This document shows, piece after piece, positions 19,052-28,078 of a stretch of 64,000 bases of DNA. Source of the DNA: a virus; the IMG/VR virus record IMGVR_UViG_3300009155_000048, positions 43,135 through 107,134 of that record; one strand, 5' to 3'. The notes beneath the pieces are model-generated. The model saw nothing but the letters and a program-made list of their open reading frames with translations, searched no databases and was not told where the DNA came from. Position 1 is the first letter of the stretch. Each line of letters starts with the position of its first letter. The translations under genes and the position numbers were made by a program.

Positions 19052-19203
19052 TTAATTTTATTAAATATTTTATTTATTTTTCTAATTCTAACTTCTTGTT
19101 TTGTTTCATATTGAATACTAACTTTAGCATCAACAAAAGAAGGTTGTGATACAACATCTTGTATAAAGTCAGACCAATTATATTGTGCGAAGTTCTTGGA
19201 CAT
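19033..19203 (-). CDS. 56-aa protein MSKNFAQYNWSDFIQDVV...QEVRIRKINKIFNKIKKTSQI (not in ORF track)
   Basis: TAATG coupling to the sigma gene stop; carries the RxxKIxxIF motif. Confidence 0.6.
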   Translation of the reverse strand: MSKNFAQYNWSDFIQDVVSQPSFVDAKVSIQYETKQEVRIRKINKIFNKIKKTSQI

Positions 19204-19568
19204 TAAATTGAGTGAAGACCCATTCCATCATTACTTGATTCAATACTAATCAATCTAATTTGATGGTCATTATCACCTTTCTTTTTATAAAGTTCATTAT
19301 AACCTTTAGCAATACCACGTTTGAATACTTCTGTAAAGTAAGCGAAAGCATTATCAGATTTTTCCTCATTGAAGTTATACCAATTAGAAAACATATCTAA
19401 CAGACCAGATTGATAACAATCCATTCTATCATCATTGTTATAATATCTCATTTTTTTAATTGTTCTTTTAGCAAGAATCTCTAACATCAATTTAGATTTG
19501 TTAGTTAATTTTCCTTGTGCTTTTGACACTATGATCTCGACAAAGAGATCTTTATTATGTAAGTAAAT
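19203..19568 (-). CDS. Late-transcription sigma factor (T4 gp55-like), probable ATT start
   Basis: YLHNKDLFVEII (cf. gp55 YVNNKEL..AII), NFNEEKSDNAFAYFT; no ATG/GTG/TTG in frame upstream of the conserved N-terminus. Confidence 0.8.
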   Translation of the reverse strand: MYLHNKDLFVEIIVSKAQGKLTNKSKLMLEILAKRTIKKMRYYNNDDRMDCYQSGLLDMFSNWYNFNEEKSDNAFAYFTEVFKRGIAKGYNELYKKKGDNDHQIRLISIESSNDGMGLHSI

Positions 19569-19616
19569 AGTAGTAGAATTATTTTTTATTATCAGTCCAA
19601 CTGAAATGCTTTCATG

Positions 19617-19643
19617 TTATATAGAACATTAAAATAAAAGTTT
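19617..19643 (-). promoter_or_regulatory. Putative middle promoter AAAC-N18-TATAA for the late sigma gene
   Basis: aaac ttttattttaatgttcta tataa on the minus strand. Confidence 0.55.
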
Positions 19644-19653
19644 ATAAATAAAA

Positions 19654-19681
19654 AAAACTCTCAAATTTCTTTGAGAGTTTT
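19654..19681 (-). terminator. Intrinsic terminator
   Basis: aaaactctcaaa...tttgagagtttt. Confidence 0.75.
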
Positions 19682-19699
19682 CATTAAATTTTATTTTAA

Positions 19700-20983
19700 T
19701 TAAGCCTTAACTCTTTCTTTATATTGTAATTCTTTAACAGATTGTAATTCGGTATTTAATACTTCTTTTCTCTTGTTTAAGTTATTTAATGCTACAGACA
19801 AAGCGTTTGATTCACCAATCATCTTTATAGAGCCATTTACTTTATCAATGTTAAATTGAACATCTTCAAGCTTTAATACAATTTCTCTTTCTTTATCTTC
19901 TAATCTTCTTTTTGTAATTAATTCTTTACCTAATTTATTCTCATAGAAGAATGTTAAATCATAGTTTAATTCATTTCTTACTTCATTTACCAATTCTAAA
20001 GCCGACTCATATTTAAAGAATGAATTGCCATATCTTTCATCACATCTGTATAAGAAAGTTGCATTTTTATAATTGAATGCAAATACTTCTAAATATGGAT
20101 TAATTAAGTTATTAACTCTTTTAACCACATCCATTTCAACAAATTTATTTAAGTTATTTGAAGTTTCAAGTAAAATTGGATAGAATTGTTTGTTTACAAT
20201 TGGAATAATTGGAGAAGCAAATAAACTTTCTAATGTAGTTTCTTTGTTCATTTCATCATCATTGATGAAGATAACACCTTTTTTATTTACTGCTAAACCA
20301 ATAGTTAAATTTTCAGAAATTCTGAAATTAACTCTATCTTCAGTGATAGTAGCATATCTCATACCAATCTCAAGATTACGAAGAGTTCTTAACTTATCAT
20401 TATCTGTTACATGAGTCTCTAAAAGAGTTTTCTCAACATTATTCTCAGAAAGTAAGAACCAAGAGTCCTTAACTAAACAAAGATAACCTTCTTCAACTTG
20501 TTCAACAATTGTGAACACTGATTCTGATTTACCACCAGAAAGAAGATTAGATTTTTGTTGAGGTGATTTTGTTAAATTATGAACAAATAATTTAATTTCT
20601 GGAACCCAGTCATAAACTGCCAATTCATTAAGAACTTTAGACATTCTATCTTGATCTGATTCCAAGTTAATAGTTTGTAAAAGAACATTAATAGGCTGTC
20701 TGTAAATTTCACCTTGATTTTTACTATTTAAAACATTATACAAATGTTTTAATTCATATACCAATTGATACTCAGACACATCATCATTTAATGACTCTAA
20801 TAAACCTTTAATTTCCTTGTCAAAAGTGTAAGCTTTTAGTTTCTCATTAAGAGACAAAACGATTGTCTTTTCAGACAAGTCATTGCAAGCATTAATGTGA
20901 CCCTCAAGAATCACAGATACTTCCTCTTGATCAAGAGATAAATTTTTTCTAAAGTTGAATAACTCTAATTTGAGATTCTTCAT
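19700..20983 (-). CDS. Late hypothetical protein with C-terminal coiled coil, probably virion-associated
   Basis: 427-aa ORF behind two tandem bipartite late promoters. Confidence 0.8.
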   Translation of the reverse strand: MKNLKLELFNFRKNLSLDQEEVSVILEGHINACNDLSEKTIVLSLNEKLKAYTFDKEIKGLLESLNDDVSEYQLVYELKHLYNVLNSKNQGEIYRQPINVLLQTINLESDQDRMSKVLNELAVYDWVPEIKLFVHNLTKSPQQKSNLLSGGKSESVFTIVEQVEEGYLCLVKDSWFLLSENNVEKTLLETHVTDNDKLRTLRNLEIGMRYATITEDRVNFRISENLTIGLAVNKKGVIFINDDEMNKETTLESLFASPIIPIVNKQFYPILLETSNNLNKFVEMDVVKRVNNLINPYLEVFAFNYKNATFLYRCDERYGNSFFKYESALELVNEVRNELNYDLTFFYENKLGKELITKRRLEDKEREIVLKLEDVQFNIDKVNGSIKMIGESNALSVALNNLNKRKEVLNTELQSVKELQYKERVKA

Positions 20984-21016
20984 AATAACAATTATTATTT
21001 TTTAATTTCTTTAATG

Positions 21017-21050
21017 TATATATTATAAACAAAAAGTCATTTTTTTCACT
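21017..21050 (-). promoter_or_regulatory. Bipartite late promoter AGTGA-N23-TATATA
   Basis: agtgaaaaaaatgactttttgtttataatatatac; second copy at 21110-21143. Confidence 0.65.
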
Positions 21051-21138
21051 TTTTGTTTTAAATTCTTATTCATATCATTCTTTCCAATTTCTATACACAC
21101 CATAGTATCTATATATAAATATTGGAATATTATTTTTT

Positions 21139-21969
21139 TCACTTTTGTGAGTTTATATCACGGTTGGAATTATCATTTGAACTTCTTGCTCTACTAGTTT
21201 CTCTACCTTTGATTATATCACTATACCATCTCGTTTTCTTAGGGTAAACCATCATATCTGGGTTTTCTCCATTTGAATCATAGTTATAAACATTAGACCA
21301 CGCTTTATTCTTATCACCACCAGAACTTTGGTCTAATCTAGGTTTTCTATACGCAGGATAATAAGTTTGAACTTCAAATGAAACAGTTAATTTAATTTGA
21401 TTATCCGAAGTCATATTCTTATCTCTATTTATTTCTACTTGATTACTATCCGGAATTAACATAACCGCATCAATGTTCATAAAATTATGTTCAAAATACA
21501 TAAATCTATATAACCACAATGTATCCATAATTGCCTGACTACACTTAAATACATCTACTTCGGAAGCCAATAAAATACTCAAGTCATACTTAACTGAAAC
21601 GGGAACCGCTCTAACTTTGGTTAAAACTTTTCTAATTTCTTCTTTATTCTCAATAACCATTTTTAACCATACATTTGGATTAGCAAACTCATCAGAACGA
21701 ATATCAAATCCAGTCAAAGTTAAATGTCCTCTTGGTATTATATCGGTATTTAACTCAACATATCTGTTATTTGAAACAACATCATCAGTAAATGAATCTA
21801 ATAAGAATCTTTCATCACCAGTCATTGAGTAGTAAAATGGAACATTTACTTCTTTATCACCGGATGAAAATCTATTAGTCCATCTAATTTCACCTTCTAA
21901 TGTATCTAAAACACAGATTGTTAAGTCGCGCATGAAACAATCTTCGTAGTTAAATCTATCTCCAATCAT
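21139..21969 (-). CDS. Tail terminator / sheath stabiliser (T4 gp15-like)
   Basis: VNVPFYY, IPRG, VRAVPVSVKYDLSI, FEVQTYYP. Confidence 0.75.
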   Translation of the reverse strand: MIGDRFNYEDCFMRDLTICVLDTLEGEIRWTNRFSSGDKEVNVPFYYSMTGDERFLLDSFTDDVVSNNRYVELNTDIIPRGHLTLTGFDIRSDEFANPNVWLKMVIENKEEIRKVLTKVRAVPVSVKYDLSILLASEVDVFKCSQAIMDTLWLYRFMYFEHNFMNIDAVMLIPDSNQVEINRDKNMTSDNQIKLTVSFEVQTYYPAYRKPRLDQSSGGDKNKAWSNVYNYDSNGENPDMMVYPKKTRWYSDIIKGRETSRARSSNDNSNRDINSQK

Positions 21970-22874
21970 ATACTTTTAATTATTTTTTTATAATCGGATT
22001 CCCAAATTGATACAATACTATATCCTATCGACTTTAAATATTTCTCTCTTTCAATAGTTTTTTTATATAATTGACCAAATGTTAAGCCATTTACCGGATT
22101 GATATCATTCTTATTGTATTTATTCAAATTTCCATGCCAAAAATCACCATAGAATTCATAAATTGTATTTGTTTTTTCATCAAGTCCATCAACAAAGAAG
22201 TTGAATATTTTTATTTGTCGATTTTTTTTCTCTATTTTGTATGAATCTAACCATTTATTTTCCAATATACTACCATTTCTATTACAACTCGGACATCCTC
22301 TACCCATCAAATGTGAGTTTGGTGTCATCTCAAAAAAACCATGTTTCTCACATTCAATAATTACTTTAGAATTGGATTTTTTATACAAAGTTTTTTTATA
22401 ATTATATTTAACTCCATGTACTGAAATTGATTTTGAAATAAATTCCTCCTCTGATAATACACCCTTTCCTATTGAATTGCACTTTTTACATCCACCAGTG
22501 ATCGAGTCTAAGTGCTTCAATGGTGATTGAAAAAAGAAAAAATCATGTTCTTTACATCTTATTTTAACTTTATCTCTCATTTTTATGTATTTTACTTCTG
22601 AGTAATCATATTTATCAAAATGCTTTTCTCTAAATTTAATAATCAAATCTTCTATTCTATTCTTCCTACTCTCTGTCCTTTTTAATAAACCACATTCGGT
22701 ACATCCGCTTCGGTAATGAACATTTGGCAATTGTCTAAACTCACCATGTGACGGACAGATAATTAAAACTGGTGTTCTATCATTAATATATTCCACCAAA
22801 GAGTAGTCATAATTATCATCATGTTTTACAATTGATTTTTTGATAAATTGTTCTTTTGTTAATCTTCTACTCAT
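21966..22874 (-). mobile_element. Free-standing homing endonuclease (Zn-binding repeats + Vsr/PD-(D/E)XK-like nuclease)
   Basis: Three YDYS..Y....V.I.C..H..F...P..H...GC repeats; VDGLD...YEFYGDFWHG; IWE. Confidence 0.85.
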
Positions 22875-22922
22875 ATTAGTATATATAATTTTTTATCTAT
22901 CTCATATTTAATATATAGAATT

Positions 22923-23519
22923 ATGAAATATTTGAAAAGATTTTTAGAATCTAGATTTGAGTCAGAAGATGATATAACAGATTACCTATTAGAACTAGTT
23001 GATGATGGATTTTTGGAGTTCAAAAAAATAGATATCGAAAATAAAAAATTTGAATTTGTATATTCAATATTGACTGATTTTTCTTCTATTTCTAATTTAA
23101 AAGATTTGAAATCATTTGAAGAAAAAATTTTAACTTTATATAATATATTAGGTAGATGGAATTTAGAATTTCGTATAAAATCTAAAGGGTATCATTCCAG
23201 TGAATTGTCTATTTATTCGGACGTGCCTGAATATATATCAGATTGTCTTAGAGATGTCGAGATGTATCATTTGGATTATGATAAAACCGGAACTTATTTT
23301 GGTAAAGGAAATGATATTTACTTGGGTGGATTTATCAACAAATATCAAGAGGTTTTTCTTTCAATACGAACTGAGAATAAAAAAGATAGTAAAATAAAAA
23401 TTCAGAGTTATATTGATACCAAAAATAATTCAAAAAAATATCAATTAAAATTTGTAAAAAATATACCGACCGGGGAATATATTTATCAAATCATTCCAAA
23501 AATAATTCCATCGGAATGA
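22923..23519 (+). CDS. Late hypothetical protein with MKYLKRFLES N-terminal tag
   Basis: TAATATATA 5 nt upstream of the ATG. Confidence 0.8.
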   Translation: MKYLKRFLESRFESEDDITDYLLELVDDGFLEFKKIDIENKKFEFVYSILTDFSSISNLKDLKSFEEKILTLYNILGRWNLEFRIKSKGYHSSELSIYSDVPEYISDCLRDVEMYHLDYDKTGTYFGKGNDIYLGGFINKYQEVFLSIRTENKKDSKIKIQSYIDTKNNSKKYQLKFVKNIPTGEYIYQIIPKIIPSE

Positions 23520-24238
23520 AATATCTTAAATATTTTAAAGAATCACAATCCGAAATAACATTAAAGGATAAGCTAGAATCAATTGTTAATATGTATCAAT
23601 ATCTTTGGTCTAATCATATTGATCCAGACTCACTTGGTAACTTTACTGGTAAATGCTCAGTATTATTTACTGGGTGTATGACTATTAATAGAGGATGGGA
23701 CATTTCAAAGAAAGAAGGAAGACCATATGAGTTTGATGTCGATTGTTTATTAAAGAAACTAGAAACCGATTATAGAAAAGAAGAGAAGCTTAAAAATATC
23801 GAAGAACTCTATAAGTCAAGTATTATACCAAGATTTAAGCATACCAAAGAGGAAATTGAACAATTTTTATCACCAGTATTAAATTTAGAAGTAACTGGAG
23901 ATAAAATTATAAAATCATATGAAATAAATCCATATTTTAATGGTTGGAATAAAAAAGCATGCTTTAGTATAAAGTGTAAATTGAATGAGGAGTTTCTCAC
24001 AATGGATGAGCAAGAAGTTGAAACTAAAAAAGGCAATGACAGAACTGTAAATTTTCCAGGATATTTTGATAGAAAATATTTCAAAGAAATTGAAGATGAA
24101 TTTTATTCTTGTAAAAGACTAATAAAGTCAAAAATTGAAGAACTAGATTTACAAAAAGCTGGATTAGAATTTTCCATGGATGATAATACACACTTGGGTC
24201 TATACTTTAACTTCCACATTAGAATAGAGGAAATTTAA
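23516..24238 (+). CDS. Late hypothetical protein with MKYLKYFKES N-terminal tag
   Basis: ATGA coupling to the upstream gene. Confidence 0.8.
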   Translation: MKYLKYFKESQSEITLKDKLESIVNMYQYLWSNHIDPDSLGNFTGKCSVLFTGCMTINRGWDISKKEGRPYEFDVDCLLKKLETDYRKEEKLKNIEELYKSSIIPRFKHTKEEIEQFLSPVLNLEVTGDKIIKSYEINPYFNGWNKKACFSIKCKLNEEFLTMDEQEVETKKGNDRTVNFPGYFDRKYFKEIEDEFYSCKRLIKSKIEELDLQKAGLEFSMDDNTHLGLYFNFHIRIEEI

Positions 24239-24284
24239 ACTTTTGGAGGTATTCAACTTATAATTTATCCGAATTATAAGTTAT

Positions 24285-25262
24285 ATGAAACAACTATTAC
24301 TATCAGAGAAGTGGCGCCCTAAAACAATTGAGGACGTAATCCTTTTACCAAGAATCCGTAAAATATTTGAGAACGGTCTCAACCAAAATGTTATTTTATA
24401 TGGTCATTTTGGAACCGGCAAAACTACTATTGCTCGCATACTAGTAGGCAAGTATCTCAAGAATACACCACACATAGAATTAAATAGTTCATTCTACACA
24501 TCTATCGACACACTTAGAAATAAGATTGATGACTTTTGTTCAAAAGTTTATATGGGGTTTGATATGAATGTAGATATATCAAATGATACAATCAAATATG
24601 TATTCTTGGATGAATTTGAAAGAACATCCATTCAATATCAAGATGCACTTAAAGCTTATATTGAAGAATTCTCAAAGAAAAATGTTAGATTTATCCTAAC
24701 AACAAACCACATCAACAAAGTTTCACCAGGAATTCGATCTAGATTAATTGAAGTAAACTTTGATTGTCAATCTCCAGAAGAAGAGAAATATCTTAAAACA
24801 GAAATCTATAAAAAGATTAGTACCGTAATTGCTCCACAAGAAGAATTTGAAATTCCAAAAGAAGAGTTGATTAAGATAATAAATAAAAAGTTTCCAGACT
24901 TTAGGTCAATAATGATTGATGTTGATAACTTCAAACAAACTGGATTATCAAATGAATCTGGATGCACAATCAATATTAAGTTAAGAAATGATTTATATGC
25001 AATTCTTTTTGATAAAAGTAAGACATATGATGAGATATATCATTTTTTAATGAATAATTTTGGACCAGAAAAGATTGATGAAATGATTTCTCTTTTTGGT
25101 AGACCATTTATTGAGTGGTCAATTAATGAAAAAAAATCTAATATTGAAAAGTTATTTCAAGTAAACTATATTATCACCGAACACACAAAGTTATTAGAGA
25201 CTAATACCGACCCGATTGTTTTGGGAATGACTGTTATTGGTAAGATTCGTGATATTTTTTAA
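24285..25262 (+). CDS. Clamp loader AAA+ subunit (T4 gp44/RFC-like)
   Basis: EKWRPKT, GHFGTGKTT, FLDEFE, FILTTN, IRSRL, FPDFR; middle-type promoter at 24237-24263. Confidence 0.93.
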   Translation: MKQLLLSEKWRPKTIEDVILLPRIRKIFENGLNQNVILYGHFGTGKTTIARILVGKYLKNTPHIELNSSFYTSIDTLRNKIDDFCSKVYMGFDMNVDISNDTIKYVFLDEFERTSIQYQDALKAYIEEFSKKNVRFILTTNHINKVSPGIRSRLIEVNFDCQSPEEEKYLKTEIYKKISTVIAPQEEFEIPKEELIKIINKKFPDFRSIMIDVDNFKQTGLSNESGCTINIKLRNDLYAILFDKSKTYDEIYHFLMNNFGPEKIDEMISLFGRPFIEWSINEKKSNIEKLFQVNYIITEHTKLLETNTDPIVLGMTVIGKIRDIF

Positions 25263-25314
25263 CAACTAGCTGAAGTGAAGTAAATGTATATACTAGGATT
25301 TAATATATAAATTC

Positions 25315-25701
25315 ATGGCAGCAGTAGATTTTACCGATTTTTACATTTTATATAAAGACCACCCAAGATATGTTCCAAAAGAACTTATTGAAGATGAAGT
25401 TGTTAATGTTATTATACAGAAATATGAAATGATACTATTCACAAATAAAGGTGAAGTAATGGGTGATCCAGAATTCGGTGCAAATCTATTGGAATTATTA
25501 TATCAAACTAAAGTATCCGAATCATATGTTATTAGTACTATAGATGAGCAAATTGCTATTTATATACCAGAATTAGCAAATACTAATTACACATTAAATG
25601 TTGTCTTTGTTCAAGATCCAGAAAACTACCAGGATATAATGTTTGTAAATCTTAAAATTGCTGACTATAGCGTTTACGCACAAATAGGTAAGTTTAGCTA
25701 A
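25315..25701 (+). CDS. Baseplate wedge protein (gp25-like)
   Basis: ILFTNKGEVMGDPEFGANL...IAIYIPE. Confidence 0.85.
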   Translation: MAAVDFTDFYILYKDHPRYVPKELIEDEVVNVIIQKYEMILFTNKGEVMGDPEFGANLLELLYQTKVSESYVISTIDEQIAIYIPELANTNYTLNVVFVQDPENYQDIMFVNLKIADYSVYAQIGKFS

Positions 25702-26308
25702 TAGAGCAATGATTGGCTGAGTAGATATATTTCCAATCTCTTTTAATATTAATACCTAAAGCTTCTGCTGTTGTAACAACATCTTCCAAACATTCCGAAT
25801 CAGCACCACCAACAATAGTAACTTCTTTACCCTTTAACTTTTGAAATAAGTTATACAATTTAACAGGGCATTGAAACCACTGATGATTATTCCCAATAAA
25901 TACTATAATAGTACCTTCTTCTGTTGGAAAATATTGACCTTTCTTTAGAGTTTTTTCTTGAGATTTAATCTGTTGATAAACTTCTTTACTTAGAATCTTT
26001 TTATAAAATTCAACATCAACATCATAATTATACCTCTTTTCGATTAAATCAACTTGATTAGGAAATGTATATAAGTCTCCGTTTACTGGTATTTCAGGAT
26101 TATCATCATACAAATAATCTTTATCTGGATTCTTACCATCAACATGGTTATCAAATATTTGATAAACATTAGTAAAGTTATTACAATACTTTTTCAACTC
26201 ATTCAAATACATTTCATTAAAGAACTTCTTAAATGACTTTTGAACATCAACAACCAATAGAGTAGAGTTATTTTTTTCAAAATTTTCAAATAGTTTAAGA
26301 TATTTCAT
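25694..26308 (-). CDS. Isochorismatase/nicotinamidase-family cysteine hydrolase with MKYLKLFENF tag
   Basis: LLVVDVQ, IEKRY, IVGGADSECL (D-K-C triad). Confidence 0.75.
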   Translation of the reverse strand: MKYLKLFENFEKNNSTLLVVDVQKSFKKFFNEMYLNELKKYCNNFTNVYQIFDNHVDGKNPDKDYLYDDNPEIPVNGDLYTFPNQVDLIEKRYNYDVDVEFYKKILSKEVYQQIKSQEKTLKKGQYFPTEEGTIIVFIGNNHQWFQCPVKLYNLFQKLKGKEVTIVGGADSECLEDVVTTAEALGINIKRDWKYIYSANHCSIS

Positions 26309-26334
26309 AGTGTATATATTAAAGTATGTGCATA

Positions 26335-26362
26335 AAAAAACACCGAGTAATCGGTGTTTTTT
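26335..26362 (-). terminator. Intrinsic terminator
   Basis: aaaaaacaccga-gtaa-tcggtgtttttt. Confidence 0.8.
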
Positions 26363-26379
26363 ATAAAGTGTTTTATAAA

Positions 26380-26964
26380 TTAAGCTGGTAATTCTTCTTC
26401 ACCAGTTTCTTCCTCTTCTTCTTGAGTTTGTCCTTGACCTTGAGCCTCAGGTTGTGCTTGTGGTTGTGGTTGTGCTTGAACTGGTTGAGCTTCTCCTTGT
26501 GGAGCTACTTCCTCAAAACCTTCTCCACCAGTTTGAGCTTGTGCTTGTGGTTGAGCCTCGGTTTGAACTTGAACCTGTGGTTGAGCTTGTGCTTGTGGAT
26601 GAGCTTCAGGTTGTGCTTGTGGTTCAGTTTGAGCTTGTGGTTGAGCTTGTCCTTGAACAGGAGCTTGAGATTGACCTTGAACACCACCAACTAAAGCAGT
26701 TGCTGGAATTTTATCAGCATCAATACCTGCTTGAGCAACGTGTTTTACAATTTCTTCAGCAATATCCATATCACCAAAGAACTGACGTAAGTTCTTACCA
26801 GTATTATCTTTTACTTTCTTAACATAAGCATTAATTAATGATTGAGGAATATCAATCATACTTTTTACTTTGTAAATATCGTTTACTTGAAAAACAGATT
26901 CTTTAATAATCTCTTCTCTTTTTCTTTCAACTCTATAAGATTCAAATTTTTTGATGTGTTTCAT
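26380..26964 (-). CDS. Late protein with MKHIKKFESY tag and Gln/Pro/Ala/Glu low-complexity tail
   Basis: QAQPQAQ repeats; bipartite late promoter at 26997-27030. Confidence 0.85.
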   Translation of the reverse strand: MKHIKKFESYRVERKREEIIKESVFQVNDIYKVKSMIDIPQSLINAYVKKVKDNTGKNLRQFFGDMDIAEEIVKHVAQAGIDADKIPATALVGGVQGQSQAPVQGQAQPQAQTEPQAQPEAHPQAQAQPQVQVQTEAQPQAQAQTGGEGFEEVAPQGEAQPVQAQPQPQAQPEAQGQGQTQEEEEETGEEELPA

Positions 26965-27031
26965 CTTAAATCATTAATTTTTTAATTTCTTATTAGTATA
27001 TATTATATCTAAAAAATCATTTTTTTCACTT

Positions 27032-27571
27032 TTAGTGAAAAGCAAAAAAGCCTATTAATATACCAAGTCCAACTCCAACAATCCCGGTTCCAATAGAATA
27101 TGCTGCTCTTTGTAATTTCAATCCAGTTATTCTTTTTTCTTGATTAGTAATTATCTTATCTTTAAGTTTTAATTGATTTCCAGCTTTTTCTAGATCCAAT
27201 TTATAATTTGCAATTTGTGTATTCAACTCTTTAATCTGGTCATCTTTCGCCTTGTTATTAGTTTCCAATGATTTAATCTTTGTCTCTAATATTGCAACTT
27301 GATTAGTATATTCATTAACCACAACAACATAAGCTTTGATTGTTGAGTCACAACTAATTTTCATTTTTTGAAATAAAGAATATAACTCTAAATCATTATC
27401 CAATGATTGAGCTTGATCAATACTTATAATTATACCTAATGTGTCACCACCAACAATATAGAAAGATGGATAATCGATAGTCTTTGTAGAATCCACACTT
27501 AGTGTAGTTTGTTGAGCCATTACAGATACACTTAGTATCAAGCCAACCAATAGTGTTAATAAATGTTTCAT
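27032..27571 (-). CDS. Signal peptide + coiled coil + C-terminal TM protein (spanin-like candidate)
   Basis: SVMA/QQ cleavage site, heptad region, C-terminal Gly-rich hydrophobic helix. Confidence 0.65.
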   Translation of the reverse strand: MKHLLTLLVGLILSVSVMAQQTTLSVDSTKTIDYPSFYIVGGDTLGIIISIDQAQSLDNDLELYSLFQKMKISCDSTIKAYVVVVNEYTNQVAILETKIKSLETNNKAKDDQIKELNTQIANYKLDLEKAGNQLKLKDKIITNQEKRITGLKLQRAAYSIGTGIVGVGLGILIGFFAFH

Positions 27572-27574
27572 TTT

Positions 27575-27988
27575 TTATTTTAATTTTTTTCCTAAAGAGT
27601 TTAGTAAATCGACACCTTCTCTCTTAATAGGGGTTTCTTTAAGTTTTTTAATTTGTGCATTAATCTCGTCAACTTTGTGCCTTTCCTTATCCAAATCGAC
27701 TTTAGCATTTGATAAGTCATTTTTAGATTTTAACAAATCTTTATTTAACTTATCAATTTTAGCCTTTTCAACATCAACAATTTGTTGAATACTATCAAAT
27801 TTAACTTCTGATATTTTTCTAGCAGATGCCAATGAATCTCTTTCAGATTGAATTGAATTAACTTGTTCGGATAGTCTTTTATTTTCTTCCTTTAAATTTT
27901 TATCCTCAGTAGTTAACCATTTGTAAAGAAATATACCAGATGCGAGGAATAATACTATTATTATCCAACTTTTAGTATCAAGCTTCAT
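27575..27988 (-). CDS. N-terminal TM + coiled-coil protein (i-spanin-like candidate)
   Basis: WIIIVLFLASGIFLY followed by a long coiled coil. Confidence 0.65.
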   Translation of the reverse strand: MKLDTKSWIIIVLFLASGIFLYKWLTTEDKNLKEENKRLSEQVNSIQSERDSLASARKISEVKFDSIQQIVDVEKAKIDKLNKDLLKSKNDLSNAKVDLDKERHKVDEINAQIKKLKETPIKREGVDLLNSLGKKLK

Positions 27989-28078
27989 ATTAGTAAATAT
28001 ATTTTTTATAACGGAATAAATCCGTATCTTTGATATATATAAAAAATTAAATCTTTCTAAAATTAAATAAAATTGTAT

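Noticed and set aside
19592-19615. Mini-ORF MKAFQLD as the true sigma start via frameshift
   Set aside because: No slippery sequence is evident and the ATG is probably too close to the promoter to be transcribed; the ATT start is simpler
21023-21103. 26-aa minus-strand ORF MVCIEIGKND... between tandem late promoters
   Set aside because: Runs through the second promoter and has no recognisable features; cannot be supported
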